A DNA stretch of 64,000 nucleotides. Origin: Spongospora subterranea f. sp. subterranea (taxonomy: Eukaryota). A program made the position numbers and the translations under genes. The notes beneath the pieces are model-generated. The model did no database searches. It was given only the letters and a program-made list of their open reading frames with translations, and was not told where the DNA came from. The stretch covers positions 124,001 to 188,000 of the forward strand of contig JAUGWO010000107.1 in assembly GCA_049724395.1 (NCBI GenBank), written 5' to 3'. The stretch's first letter is position 1; each line of letters begins with the position of its first letter. This document shows positions 11,236-23,457 of the stretch, in pieces.

Positions 11236-11478
11236 GGGAATTGACACTATTATCGCCATATCAAATACACTCTATTCATCCCTTGTTCATTATCCCATCG
11301 AATGAGGGCGTGATCAATTACCCTAATAAGACCCATCATTTCATGATCCGCTCTCTATATTGAGGGGAAATAACGCGATAACAATCAGAGGATGTTGTGA
11401 CAGATATCGGGTGAGATATTATTATGGGATGGTGATCCCATCTCCTCGACCACAATATATCTGTCTTTAGAGATAGAG

Positions 11479-13114
11479 ATGGGGGATGATGGTCGGTCAA
11501 TCCCCGATCCATTAAGTCTATCGTCAATCCCTCGTCCATCAATCCCTAAAGGATCTCTCCGTTATGGATGTGCTCCCGATCTACAGATCGCCATATCCAA
11601 TGGTGATTCAGATTATCATCATCTCCTTCAAACGTTCATGTCCACAAATACCTATCGTGAATTACGACACCACTTCCAACGTCACCGATCATTACCCAAA
11701 TGGAATGGTGTCTGTATTCGCCCTAAACTCCATATCAGATCGCAACAGATTCCTGTTAAACCCCATCTATTATCCTCATATCAACATCACTTATCAAAGT
11801 TAATGCCCAATCATATCCCGCTCATTTCACCGCTTTCATGTTGAATAGACCTTTGATGAATTGATTTCCCAATAATCTTCTTCACTATATTGTCTTTCTC
11901 GTTTTCAATAATCTGAATAACTGTTTGCTGATTGGGTTTAGATATGATGGTGAAATGAGGCGGTTGGCGGAACAGAATAATGAACGGCTAAAATCATTAC
12001 GGGATGGAATTCGTGTCGAGCACGAGCGTCGGCGAATGGATAATCAAGTTCGGAAGATGGTGTCTCATCAGGATTCTCGTTGGGATCACTCGCCCGAACT
12101 GTTGCGTCGCCATCTGAGTCAGTTGACCATCCCAATAAAGGATCGGTTGACGAGATTAGGGCCAATGAAATCAACGGATTGGAATAACTTATGGGAGATA
12201 CCCAGGGAGAGGTCAAGAGCAGATTGGCCATTTCCGGTTCACCACAATTTTCACCTTCGTCGTTTATCTGTTGTACTGTTCATATTCACTATTCAATTGA
12301 CCAACGTCGTCTGGTTGTCGGAATAGATTACGAGGGCGGGTTCATCCTAAAGGGAATCGGTCGGCGATAGCGTCCATTGACGAACGCGTTCAACAGGAAT
12401 ATATTGGCGTCTTCTGGGATTTGATTGTAAAACGCAGGCGAAAGGACGATATTCGATCAGATTGGGTGGCGAAACATGGTCATGGAACACGGTCGGCCAA
12501 ACCCACCGCAAATACCAAACAATCACTGAAAAGATCAGCGACATTGGATAAGATGGCGAAACCGATAACAATAAGAGATCATCCTGAACTAATTGGCTAT
12601 GATCATAGTGATTATTCCGGATTACTTTTCGATAATGATCTATTCCCAGATGGTCCGGTCCTCACAACAGCAAACGATTCGGGTTTCCGTCGTTCAATAT
12701 CGGTTGCTGTTCGCTTGTTTTCAATCTGATTAATCTGATTTCCCAGGGTTTCATGATATATTGTTGTTATCGTATTCCAGATTTTGATGATCGCCATTAA
12801 CTTGTGGAGTTTCCAGGGAATGGCCCATTTACAATGCGATCGCGTGTCGACATTGATGATATCATGTCGTGGCGAGCGATACACGAGATTACCAGAACAG
12901 GGTCAGAGCCCATCAACAATCCATGACGCCGGCACAACGGGCCCTGAATAAATCACGATCAGCACCGGCATTGGATTCAGTACGCGCCTGGAACCGGGAC
13001 CTGAATGAATTTGAAGAGCGTCTGTTCAAGACCAATTCAATACGAGTTTATGATGATCCAATATCGGATAAAAGGCCAACATCTAAAAGGAGACAGGCTC
13101 ATAACGACCACTGA
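11479..13114 (+). CDS. Multi-exon hypothetical protein (Arg/His/Ser-rich, coiled-coil segments)
   Basis: Chain of plus-strand ORFs 11479-11844, 11925-12326, 12421-12729 and 12869-13114 separated by intron-like gaps. Exact exons not resolved. Confidence 0.5.
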
Positions 13115-13923
13115 TCTGTTAAATATATAACGGGAATTGGTTTAGCGAATTTGATCACATTAAACTTAAATGGCGCCATTGAGAAGTCATCAACTTCAAC
13201 AAATACTTCAACAGAAGATGTAGAAAAGACAACAAACACGACGATGAAGGAATGATTATGATGAGATCTATTTTGGTCTTTACAATTGGGATATCAAATA
13301 GCCGTTCGTCAGTATTTATTTATTCAATAATATAAACCAATAGACCAGGGGTATTCTCGTCAACCACTATGTGCTTTTTTTCATTATGAGAATCGAACTG
13401 CACTGACGTACTTAAGATGACAGGAAACCACATAAACCGTAAAAGAAGGTATTTTGAGAGTAAGCGCTTCAAGATGGCATGGATCAGAATCGGGTTGCTG
13501 CTTATTAGCGGCCCATCACTCAATCACAACCGCGATCTTAAAGGGATCTCTGATTAAAGACGGTGAGGTTCCGCATTGAAGGGTGTCTGATATTGTTAAA
13601 ACGGGTCGAACATGTTGGACAAGGGGGCGCGAGGCCTTAGACGCCAAACCACAAAGATTCAATGGATGTACAGAACCCTGAGGTTAATGAGCAAACAGAT
13701 TGATTGATTTTCTTATATTGCGATAAGATCATCTATCGATTTTCCTTATTTATTCAAAACTCCACAAACCTCTCTCTTTGGTAAATCTATAACAATAATT
13801 AGCTGATGGCACGAGGGTAATGACTAAGCTTTCCCAGGAAACTCCAGCCTGTAAAAATTGATAGCAGGTGACGAGGGAACGCCATTTACGATGAACTGAT
13901 ATTAACAATTAGATCTATATTGA

Positions 13924-14620
13924 TTATTGTTCTGATACATAAGGTGGTGGTGGTGATGATATCAGCAGCCCATTGGGAATACCACAATGGGGACAGAACT
14001 GCCCCGATCTTGATAGCGGTGATTTACACCCTAAACACAATTGGGGAGGGGAATAAACCATTGATATTATCAAACTGAGCGATAACAGGAGAAAGACAAG
14101 AAACCCTGATATTGAAATGCCGATGATGATCAATCCAGCGCCAAAATTAGCATAAGAATGCATAATTCGCCTAAACCAATATATGTATCAAAGAATGTGT
14201 AAGGGATTATTGAGTGATATTGTCAATTGGGGAATGATCAAATAACATAATAACTATTGAACTAATTGTACTGTGAGATATGATGTGATGGGTTTACAAT
14301 CCAATGATGAATGAGGTTAAAGAGGCAATGAATATAGCAAGTAGGGCCCAAGGGAGGAGCGGAAGATGGCAAGGTGGTGTTGAGATCATTATTTTGAGAT
14401 CAATGGCGATGAGGGTGATGATGGTAAGACACCAGATAGTTGTAATAACAGGAGGAATATCGATATCGGAATAATAATACTCCTTACTTTGATATGCGAT
14501 AATAGGGGGTAATATTACACAGATTAGCAATAATACTGTCGATATCGGCTTTAGATTTGACAAGGTTGTGAGACGAGAGCAATCACGATCATGATGATCG
14601 ATAGGCTGAGCAACAATCAT
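13924..14620 (-). CDS. Multi-pass membrane protein with C-terminal zinc ribbon and PPxY motif
   Basis: Several hydrophobic helices, then CLGCKSPLSRSGQFCPHCG (CxxC..CxxC) and SPPPPY. Intron(s) between 14296 and ~14170. Start inferred at ATG 14620. Confidence 0.6.
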
Positions 14621-14700
14621 GACAGATGGACGCGACCGATACGTCCTGTGGAACCAGATTACTGAAATGGTGATAATGGGTTGGCAACAGGGCAGGCGAG

Positions 14701-14875
14701 GGACAGGAGTAGAACAAATGAGAGAGGGACAGGAGTAGGACAAATGAGGAGAGGAGCAGGAGACAGGACAAATTGAGAAGAGGAAGCAGGGACAGGAGTA
14801 GGGCAAATGAGAGAGGGACTGGGACAGGAGTAGGGCAAATGAGGAGAGGAGCAGGGGCAGTATAGGACAGAACAA
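14701..14875. repeat. Degenerate ~26-33-bp purine-rich tandem repeat, about 5-6 units
   Basis: Recurring ggacaggagtag(g/a)(g/a)caaatgag(g)agagg(a) units; the plus strand is strongly A/G-rich. Confidence 0.85.
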
Positions 14876-15787
14876 GGGAAGGATATGGCAGACACACACA
14901 CTCTCTGGCAGATATCATCGGAAGGGGGGGGATCACGTTGAGTGCACATCAACCGATCCCGTTTCGATCGTGTTCTTTCTCCGTTTGGGTGACACCGCAA
15001 TAACCATTGCAATAATACCTAATCATGATAATGATCCGAGCGTAATAATGATAATGGACTAATTGTGGAGCGTTTGGCTGCCGCTATCATTTCTCGCGGA
15101 TGGAAAATACTACATAGTGTAATTGGTCGGTGGAACCATGGGCGGTGGGCGAATTTTGTCCTTAAAATGACGAGAACAAATGCTTAGCGTATTAACGATA
15201 TGTTCCGAATGACACTTTCCTATTTCAGACTGTAGTCAAATATGGTCCTTAAGACTGCAATTGTGTTCAATAGCCGTAACATTCAGGAACAATTCCAGCA
15301 TTGCGCCTAAACCGCATCCAGGTTCATTGAGCGACTTTTTGGCATTGTAAAAAGCGTCTTCTGGAACTTTGCATACTGTAGGGAACAGAATAACTACAGA
15401 TAAATAACCACACAACTTTGATATCTACAGTACGTACTTGAAAAAGTCGATAGTTTGAGTGCTCATAAGTCAGTCAATAATTCGAATTTAAATTTTCTAG
15501 TTCAATCAATCCTTTCAAAATTTCAAATGCAATCGATTAATTCAGTTATAATCCGAGTAAGGAGTATCAGATAGGAGTACTCCGTAGCCTATAGTGGCAA
15601 AGTTGGAGAGTTAAAGGCGTCGGGTACTGTACACACGGGGACCTGAATATAGGCCCGCACTGGCACACAGTCATAATTGGGTACACCTAGTGTAGAGCAC
15701 AAGCCATCGATTAATCGTTGTGTTTTAGAAGCGGAACTTTTTTACACGACGATCTGTTTGGCGTTGACGAGGGGTCGGAGGAGACCG

Positions 15788-15969
15788 ATCCGTGGACCGA
15801 CATTCTCCATGTCGTATGGACGGTCGCAAGACTCGAGTTGTCTAGGAAGCCGTGTTCAACGCTATCTATTGTGTCAATGCAGCAATGTTGGATAGCGTTG
15901 AACACGGCTTCCTAGACAAGTCGAGTCTTGCGACCGTCAATACGACATGAAGAATGTCGGTCCACGGAT
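15788..15969. repeat. Near-perfect fold-back inverted repeat, 79-bp arms (3 mismatches), 24-nt loop
   Basis: 15788-15866 atccgtggaccgacattctcc...gttcaacgctatc versus 15891-15969 gatagcgttgaac...gtcggtccacggat. Confidence 0.97.
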
Positions 15970-16020
15970 ATATAAGTCAACTACTTTCCATATTTATAAT
16001 TCAATCCAAGGAAGTATTAA

Positions 16021-16483
16021 TCAAAAACCAATAAGTCATGAGCATGACTGATGGGTCTTTGGTCCACATCACGTAATGCTGAACCTAATCAAAAGCTGGA
16101 AAGCAACCTTGATAAAGAGGATGACCAACAAATGAATCTCTCTTGGCTGCGTCTGTTAACCATCAGTCATGCCATTGATATATTGGGTTTTGAATAATAC
16201 ATCTATGAATTGAATTATGAATGTGGAAAGTAGTTGACATATATTTGAAAAAAATAGTTTGTGAACTGTTCTTCGCGATCGATAGATATATTGTTGAGGA
16301 CGTCCAATATGTCATGTTCATGACTGATCGTTGACAGACGTAGCCAAGAGAAATATCCCACTCCTGGAATATGATATGTACTCGATGAGATCCAGTTGTT
16401 GGTCATTTTCTTTATCAAGGTTGCTTTACAGCTTCTTGAATAGGTTCAGTAATACGCAATGAGGACCGATGAAGACTTCATCA
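16021..16483. repeat. Nested diverged inverted duplications in degenerate coding-like DNA
   Basis: ~16048-16203 is the reverse complement of ~16284-16483 with one internal deletion (shared ctgaaccta..aagcaaccttgataaaga..atgaccaacaa..tcttggct.cgtctgt.aac.atcagtcatg). 16021-16054 is also the reverse complement of 16159-16193. Confidence 0.85.
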
Positions 16484-17252
16484 TTATACTTTTTTCGAGG
16501 TTTCTTTTTGAGATCGTTGGGGTCGCCCTTCAACACAGACAACCTTTTGTCTGACTACGTTGTTCACCGCATCGAGAATCAGTAATCCCGCATTCCCCAT
16601 CGTCGATGTCTCTCGCTGCAAAATGTCAATGATTCAAGCGTTAAGTGACTTTCAAGGTCGACGCTATCACAGCAGGAGCGTGGTTGGATGGCGCGCTTGT
16701 ACCAAAATCGCATTCATGTTGAAAACTCACAAAACCCTCTCTCAGCTTCATCTCGCAACCTGTGTATGAAAACATCAAAGTTTGGATGAGCAAATAATTG
16801 TTAAATCTGTTGTTGTAAGATTCTAAGGGATATTCGAACGAATACAGTTCCGGCAGTACACTGATGGTGGGCAGCATGTACAGGGTAAACCCCTTGTTCT
16901 TATCATGTTAGAAGTAGCAGTTTCAAAGGCCGATCCCGTTCGAATAATCCCTTAGAATCTTACAACAACAGGTTTAACAATTATTTCCCGCTCTCCTCGA
17001 CTGATTTGTCGGCTAATGTTCCAGTCGTTGGACACAGTGGAAAAGGTATTCGAGGAGACATGCATCGAATTCTCATATAATGCTCTCATGCAACATGTTT
17101 CGTCGGACACTTCTGGCGGCCTATCCCGGAAACGGAACATCCGATGAATTCCCAGGGATTCGGCACACTGAAGAACGCACCGGCGGACTCCGTGGCGCAT
17201 GATTGTCGGACTTCGATGCTGTATAGAAACCGCTTTGTTTGAATCTACAGAG

Positions 17253-18587
17253 ATGACAGCCGATGAAAGTTCCTGCTGTACGGTGCGGTTCGAGACCCAA
17301 TTGCCCGAGAAAGTACCAGACCAGAACCTCTCGATTCCTGACACGATATCCGTAACTGGACTGAGCGAACTCGTCAATCATCTGCTCGATCAAGGTTAGA
17401 CTGACCAACATATAGTATGGCGATTGTATGAATAATGATGGAATAGTTGATTCCGCCGTCGACTATGATTTTCTGATTGACGGGCGGTTTCTGCGGTCAT
17501 CGTTAAAAGAATATGCAGGAGAGCGGGAAATATCGTTAGAAAACGTCATAACATTGGAATATGTTATTGCTTTTCCAGAACCATCACCACCGAAAAACAT
17601 CCCTCACCCGGATTGGATATCCTGTGTTGACACCGATATACCTAACATGATTCTCACCGGATCATACGATAACGTAATTCGTGTTTGGAATCCAAAATTG
17701 CCAGCGACTCCATTACATGAAGGACATGGCCACAAAGGACCTGTTAAAGCTATTGCCGTTATACCGACCACAGACGGCTACAAACAGGACTCATTTCAAT
17801 TTATTTCTGGGTCGAAGGATCACACGATCCGGGTTTGGAGTATGTCGATCAGACAGGCCTGACTGCTGTTGCAACAGGGTCGCAACACACTGATTCAGTA
17901 GATTGCGTCGCAGCTCATCCATGCTCTTCGACACGACTTGCATCTGGATCATGGGATCGTACAATTCGGCTCTGGTCGAATAACGTGGACACAGCAGCTC
18001 CAGTCACTAAAAGGAGCAAGATAAAATCTGGTAAAAAATCAACTACTGCCACAGGTAGGACACTAGAGCAGATTCACTGCATCTCCAATCAGCATACCCA
18101 AGCGATCACCGGTCTGTGTTGGCCGCACCAGAACGCTCTGTACTCGGCATCCTGGGATCGAACAATACGTCATTGGGACGTAGCTCAAGCCAAAGCAGTC
18201 CATACCTGGAATGCGCCGGATGCTATTTCATGTCTGTCTTTCAACTTGGCTGCTAATTTGTTCGCTGCAGGACATGTTGACCGCAGTGTCCGGTTATATG
18301 ATCCGAGAACGAATGATGCTGCCATTGTGCATTCAACTTTGAAGGGGCATCAAGCGTGGGTTTCTGCCATTGCATGGCAGCCAAGCAATCAGCATCGCCT
18401 GGTTTCTTGTTCGCACGACAGGACGCTTAAAGTTTGGGACATCAGAAGTAGCATCTGCCTGCATACGCTAAAAGCTGAACAAGATGGCCACGGGAAGACA
18501 TTCGCCATTGGCTGGGCTTTCGATGAAACCATTGTCTGTGGCGGAACAGACGGAATACTTCGCCTGCACACAGCTAAAAAACAATAA
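17253..18587 (+). CDS. WDR12: Ribosome biogenesis protein WDR12/Ytm1 (NLE domain + WD40), with frame break at 17836-17840
   Basis: NLE domain (LSELVNHLL|...YDFLIDGRFLRSSL...SLENVITLEY), PHPDWISCV, ILTGSYD, SGSWDRTIRLW, YSASWDRTIRHWD, VRLYDPR, LKVWDIRS. Confidence 0.93.
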
Positions 18588-18701
18588 ATATTACGGTTCC
18601 CTGGATTATTCACTCGCAAATGTGAATGAGGTCTTGCTCATATTCGCTTGTTCCTGCAGAAAGGCGATGATGCAAACCCTACAGCGAATAATCTGTTTAA
18701 A

Positions 18702-21470
18702 TTATTTACCCATCGCTGACTGCACAATAATACCTGTAACTGCGGTTCCTTCGCTTCGATCAGTAGTTACAACCGTTCGAGAGGGATGATCGCGATGGGT
18801 TGGTGATCCAGAATCTCTTCGAAGTTCAAAATCGACAAAATTCGTCTCAGTAATTACATTCAGTAAATCTGGAGACGCCAGGACACGTTCTAATGCAGAC
18901 GTGTAGTCATCCCGTTCAAAAATAAGCGAGTCTTTAGAGTGGATGAGAGCCTGGAAAAACAGGGCTTGAGTGACCCAAGGCGCGGGAGGAGCCGACCGAT
19001 CCAGTATGATTGGAGATAAGATATCAATATATGGAAGAATGGCGTCTGCAAACTCATGATTACTATGATTGGAATTGTTGATCCTGGCCTCCCATAACTG
19101 CTGAGACAATAACAACAATAATGATTGCTCTGACACATCCTCAATTCTAGAGAGTTCCGACATCAAAATATGGATAAACTCCAACTCGTCCTGGTCAGTA
19201 GCAGCTTCAAGACGCTTAACAGCGGCACCACACGTATCGCCATCTGCCTCTAGAAGCATTGCTGCTCCTTTCCTTAGGGGAGGATTGCCATCCATGCATA
19301 TCTCGATCAATTTTTGGCCGTTGAACAAAGATTTGCACGCTTTTAACTGGGCCGAGAGTGAATTGGGGTCGTACCCGGCAGGCGCGACACCAGGAAAATC
19401 AAAAAGTCGAATGGCACATAAAATTAACACGTCTTTCAAGGGAGCAGTTGCAAAGTTCAACGGGATTTTTTCTAGCAAGCTGGCTAGGTCACTCGGAGCC
19501 AGCAAGAATGGCAGTAGTGTTAGCTTTTCCCAAAGTATATCAGGAACATTCATGAGATCGTGCAAAAGAATCTTGAGCTGATCTTGTGGAAACAACGCCA
19601 AGAAGATATCGGGGTTTGCAAGAAGAGCACAGCGATGTTCATTGTTGATGAAAAAATCAAGCTCTTCCTGACTTAGACGTCTGATTGTTTTTTGAGAGCG
19701 AGCAGTCAGGTATTCATGCATAAATCCATGCTCATTACAGTACTTGAGAACAACATTTACTCCAGCATTGGCAATCAATACATCTAGTCCTCGTCGCCGA
19801 TTGAGGTATTTAGAACGGGCAGCGAAGTTGAAGAGCCGCGAGTCATCAGACGAGACGCCAGTAATATACAAACGAACTAAACAGAAAAATTGGCAATATG
19901 AGAATTCAGAACGGTGATGATCATCAAGATCAGGTTCTCTAGCTTCCAGAATGTCATCAACAACTTGGACGATATCGCAGATTTTTGCAGCATCCATGCA
20001 CCGTCGACTAAGCTTGTGGAGTGGGATATTGCTTCGCCAATAGAAAGTGAACGCAATTGCAAAATTTTTTTCAACGTTCCAGGCACGATCTCCTGCAAAC
20101 TCGAAGAAATCTGGGACGGGAATTGCGAGGGATAATGCCAGAAGGGAAACTTGCGAGATGCTTGGCAGAGTATCATCAGAAGCTGAACCAGAAAAAGCAG
20201 TAACAACACTTTCAACAACATCAGTAACCCCCATTGCCCGAAAGAGTCTCCATACAGCGGTACTAGTCCAAAATACGAGACTAGGATCATTTCCAGCATA
20301 CTTCCCTGTTTTGGCCCCAGAAATTTGACACATTCTGCAATCGGTTGGCAGAAAGATTGTCTGCATAATTGATAGATTGATATCAAATGGCTCATCCATG
20401 TTGTGTGGCACAAAATCAACATCAGATAAAATTAAAGATACGATATCAACCTGACCGATGCTAAGTCACAAATTAAGTATGTGGACGTAACGTTCTACCT
20501 TCGAAGGTGATATACACATAATGTAGTTGTCAAAAAGAAAGTAGAAGTCACAAGCTGGAACAATATGAGAAGACAAAGGCGGCCCCTTCAACGACGAATC
20601 AAAAAGATCTATCGTCAATCGTGATGGTGTATATACAGAAAATAGAGGTGCCTACATGGTAGTTGCAGAATTAAACAAATATACGTTGATGTCTTAGTAA
20701 TTACCTTTCCTGGCACTCGATGGTATATAACTCGAACTCCCCCACTGAACTTATTTAGCTTCATGAGGCACATTCGGTCCATGTCAAGCCAAAAGTAAGC
20801 CCCTGTTACGTCACAAAGCAAAATTCGGGGCTGGGCAGTATCATCGACAACTTGTATTTGATCTATTACTATCTGAGAACGCCTCGGTTAAAAGCGCTTG
20901 AAAAACTCATACATTTAGTATAGTTACATCTAGAGAGAGAAGGTTTTGTTTTTGTGTCACAAGGTTGATGAATACTGGGCCAAATTTGGAAACCATCAAG
21001 ATATGATCGGCTCCAGTTGAATCGCACCACCACGTGCACAACTCAGAGAATACATCTTCTCTGACAAAAATCTCCTCGAATTCCGGTGGGCCTCGAAGAG
21101 CTTGGGCAATGTTTAGAATGCGGATACAGCTATCGTCAGGGCACACAAATGCAATTCGCGCACCAGAAGCCGAATAACACAAGGCGTGACATGGTACGGG
21201 TAAAGTAAACGATTTTACCAACGGTCGGCAACGATCAGCTTGGTAATTGAGCCAAATAAACCTTCCACATCCTACGAAGATGATATGCGCACCATCGACT
21301 TCATGGCATGCGACGATGCACGGCCCATTATCAGTCGAAGAAAATAGAGGGGACAACTCGAAAAGTCCAATGCCCGTTGATTCGATTGAGTCTTTAAACG
21401 CCGTTGTAGTCTTTGCCGTCTCAATCATGTCCTCCTGCTCAGTTTCATCCAGGAGATCTAGTCTCACCAT
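18702..21470 (-). CDS. Large multi-exon hypothetical protein (beta-propeller-like N-terminus, helical C-terminus)
   Basis: ORFs 20907-21470, 20615-20821 and the 569-aa ORF 18702-20411 on one strand with intron-sized gaps. No family recognised. Confidence 0.65.
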
Positions 21471-22626
21471 TCAGTTTCAAAATGAATCCACTCCAGCACG
21501 ACTCATTTACATTCAATTTGGTTCCACTATCTCCTGTCACGTGTCATATCAGATACAGGGCACAGGGCAGACAATATCAGTGATCACTGCTCATCCCTAG
21601 TGAGTTTGCTAAGCAAGCCGGGCAGGCAAACCTCGGCCCCGGCCGGCTTGGGGTGGGACAGAGGGTAACTTAAAGGACGTACGGATGGGGTGTAACTTAA
21701 AGGGCAATTCGGATCGGGTTGAGGGGTAACAGGTGAGCCAACGAAATCAAGGGTAGCGTAAAGGCAAATGTCCAGGGTACCGGTCAACACAAATATCTCA
21801 ATTTGACATGATTTAGGTTTGTGATGTTTTTTAACCGATGAGATATATGGTACAGAAGAGGGTAAATTGGGGAAGCTTTAGAGATGACAGGGCAACGGGG
21901 GCGGGGGCCTATGGTAGACGGTAAGATAATTGGAAGGTTAGAGAAATGAAACGGCTTAAAGATGGAGTAGCATTTTTCCTTGCCATTCCCTTTCTCGTAC
22001 AGGCCGAGCCTTGTCTGTTGGTGATTACCTGGGTCTGTGCGTCAAATCAACAAGAGGTTTCAAAAAAGCTAAAAGCAACTAATGAAAACTACGCAGGTGC
22101 AAAGCCAACAGAATCAAGGTACAATTGATCAAAACGTATAAAATTTCATAAACATTCAGCGGAAGGACTTGAGTAAAGTAGACGCAGTCGTTCCCCAGTG
22201 TAGAATCCGTACTTTCAAAACCTTGCCAACGGAATAAAAAGGTCGTGATTCGCAAACTATGATAACTCCTGTGTTTAGGTTATCGAAGAAGCCGAATCGT
22301 GGTGCTATGTCTTTCTGTTAGATTAACGGTGTTCTCTTGTCTGTTTGCGGTGGAAATTCAACACAGACAATACACTTGTGTGAACGAAAAAGCGTAGAAA
22401 TATTAGAAAAAAATCAGCTATTGGCAGAGGTTTGGGCGATATCTCATCATTTTGGGCAATCGTAAAAATAATATGTAAAGAGTTTTGCCCAGGAGGCGGT
22501 AAACAAGTTTGTCTGACCGGGGCCGACTACGGCGGTATCCCGTAGGTGGCGGGGCCTGTTATTAGGCAGTCGGATAGCGCCAAACAACTGGCTATCCTAT
22601 CACATCTGGGTTGACGTCGATTGATC

Positions 22627-23451
22627 ATGGAGGACCCATCTGCTATATTCGACCAGGTCCACGCCTCAGGGTTTCATTTCGATAGCCGCTCGCTGCAAAC
22701 AGATCTGCAAGCGGCCATGTCGCAGATCAACACTATCAAATTCGATGCAGTTTGCGAGCTGATTGGGAATACAGCAGTTGCGATAGAGTACCATAATTCT
22801 GGCCAAGATGTGTATAGTGGTGATATGAGTGGACAATGGGGCGTTTATCTGATATGATCATTATACAGATATCTGAACTGGAGTCCACATTATCCCAAAT
22901 AACCACCTATCAGCAACGCCTACAGACACATATCCATGCTCTTGCTAAGCTGGATTCAGAGCTGCAGCAGTCGTCATCTGAGCATTTGTGTCAAATTACA
23001 CCTGCTGAATTCAATACTCTGATATCTAAGTTCACTGCTCAAACAGCAGCGATCAAGAGAACCGTTTACGAGGCGGAGACGAAGTCGAAGGTGGATAGGT
23101 TAAGGGAGGAGGTTCATGCGGTTCACAATGACGTTAATCAACCTGAATATGGTGATGATGATGACGATGATGATATGATTGTCGAAAGCGCCATCTCCTA
23201 CTCGAAGTGCCCGGTCACTCAAGGTCCATTAACCAACCCTGTTCGCTCCATATCCTGTGGTCATGTTTATAGGTATATCGCCCATCATCTGCATTCTTTC
23301 ATCTTCTGATCTATCTTCCTTCACAGCACTATCGGCATCAAATTCCTTTTTAGGTAATAGGTCGCAAATCGCCTGTCCTGTATCTGGATGTAATAAACCT
23401 GTTGCAAGAGATGGCCTTCGCCGTCATCGCCAATTTGGATCAACACATTAG
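22627..23451 (+). CDS. NSMCE2: E3 SUMO ligase NSE2/MMS21 (SP-RING)
   Basis: Coiled-coil followed by DDDMIVES..KCPVTQGPLTNPVRSISCGHVY|S...IACPVSGC (zf-Nse). Two introns. Confidence 0.88.
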
Positions 23452-23457
23452 ACTATA

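Noticed and set aside
21597..21650. Helitron-like 3' end (hairpin caagccgg..ccggcttg then CTAG on the minus strand)
   Set aside because: The base after CTAG is not T, no 5' TC end or RepHel sequence was identified, and the region could be a GC-rich promoter.
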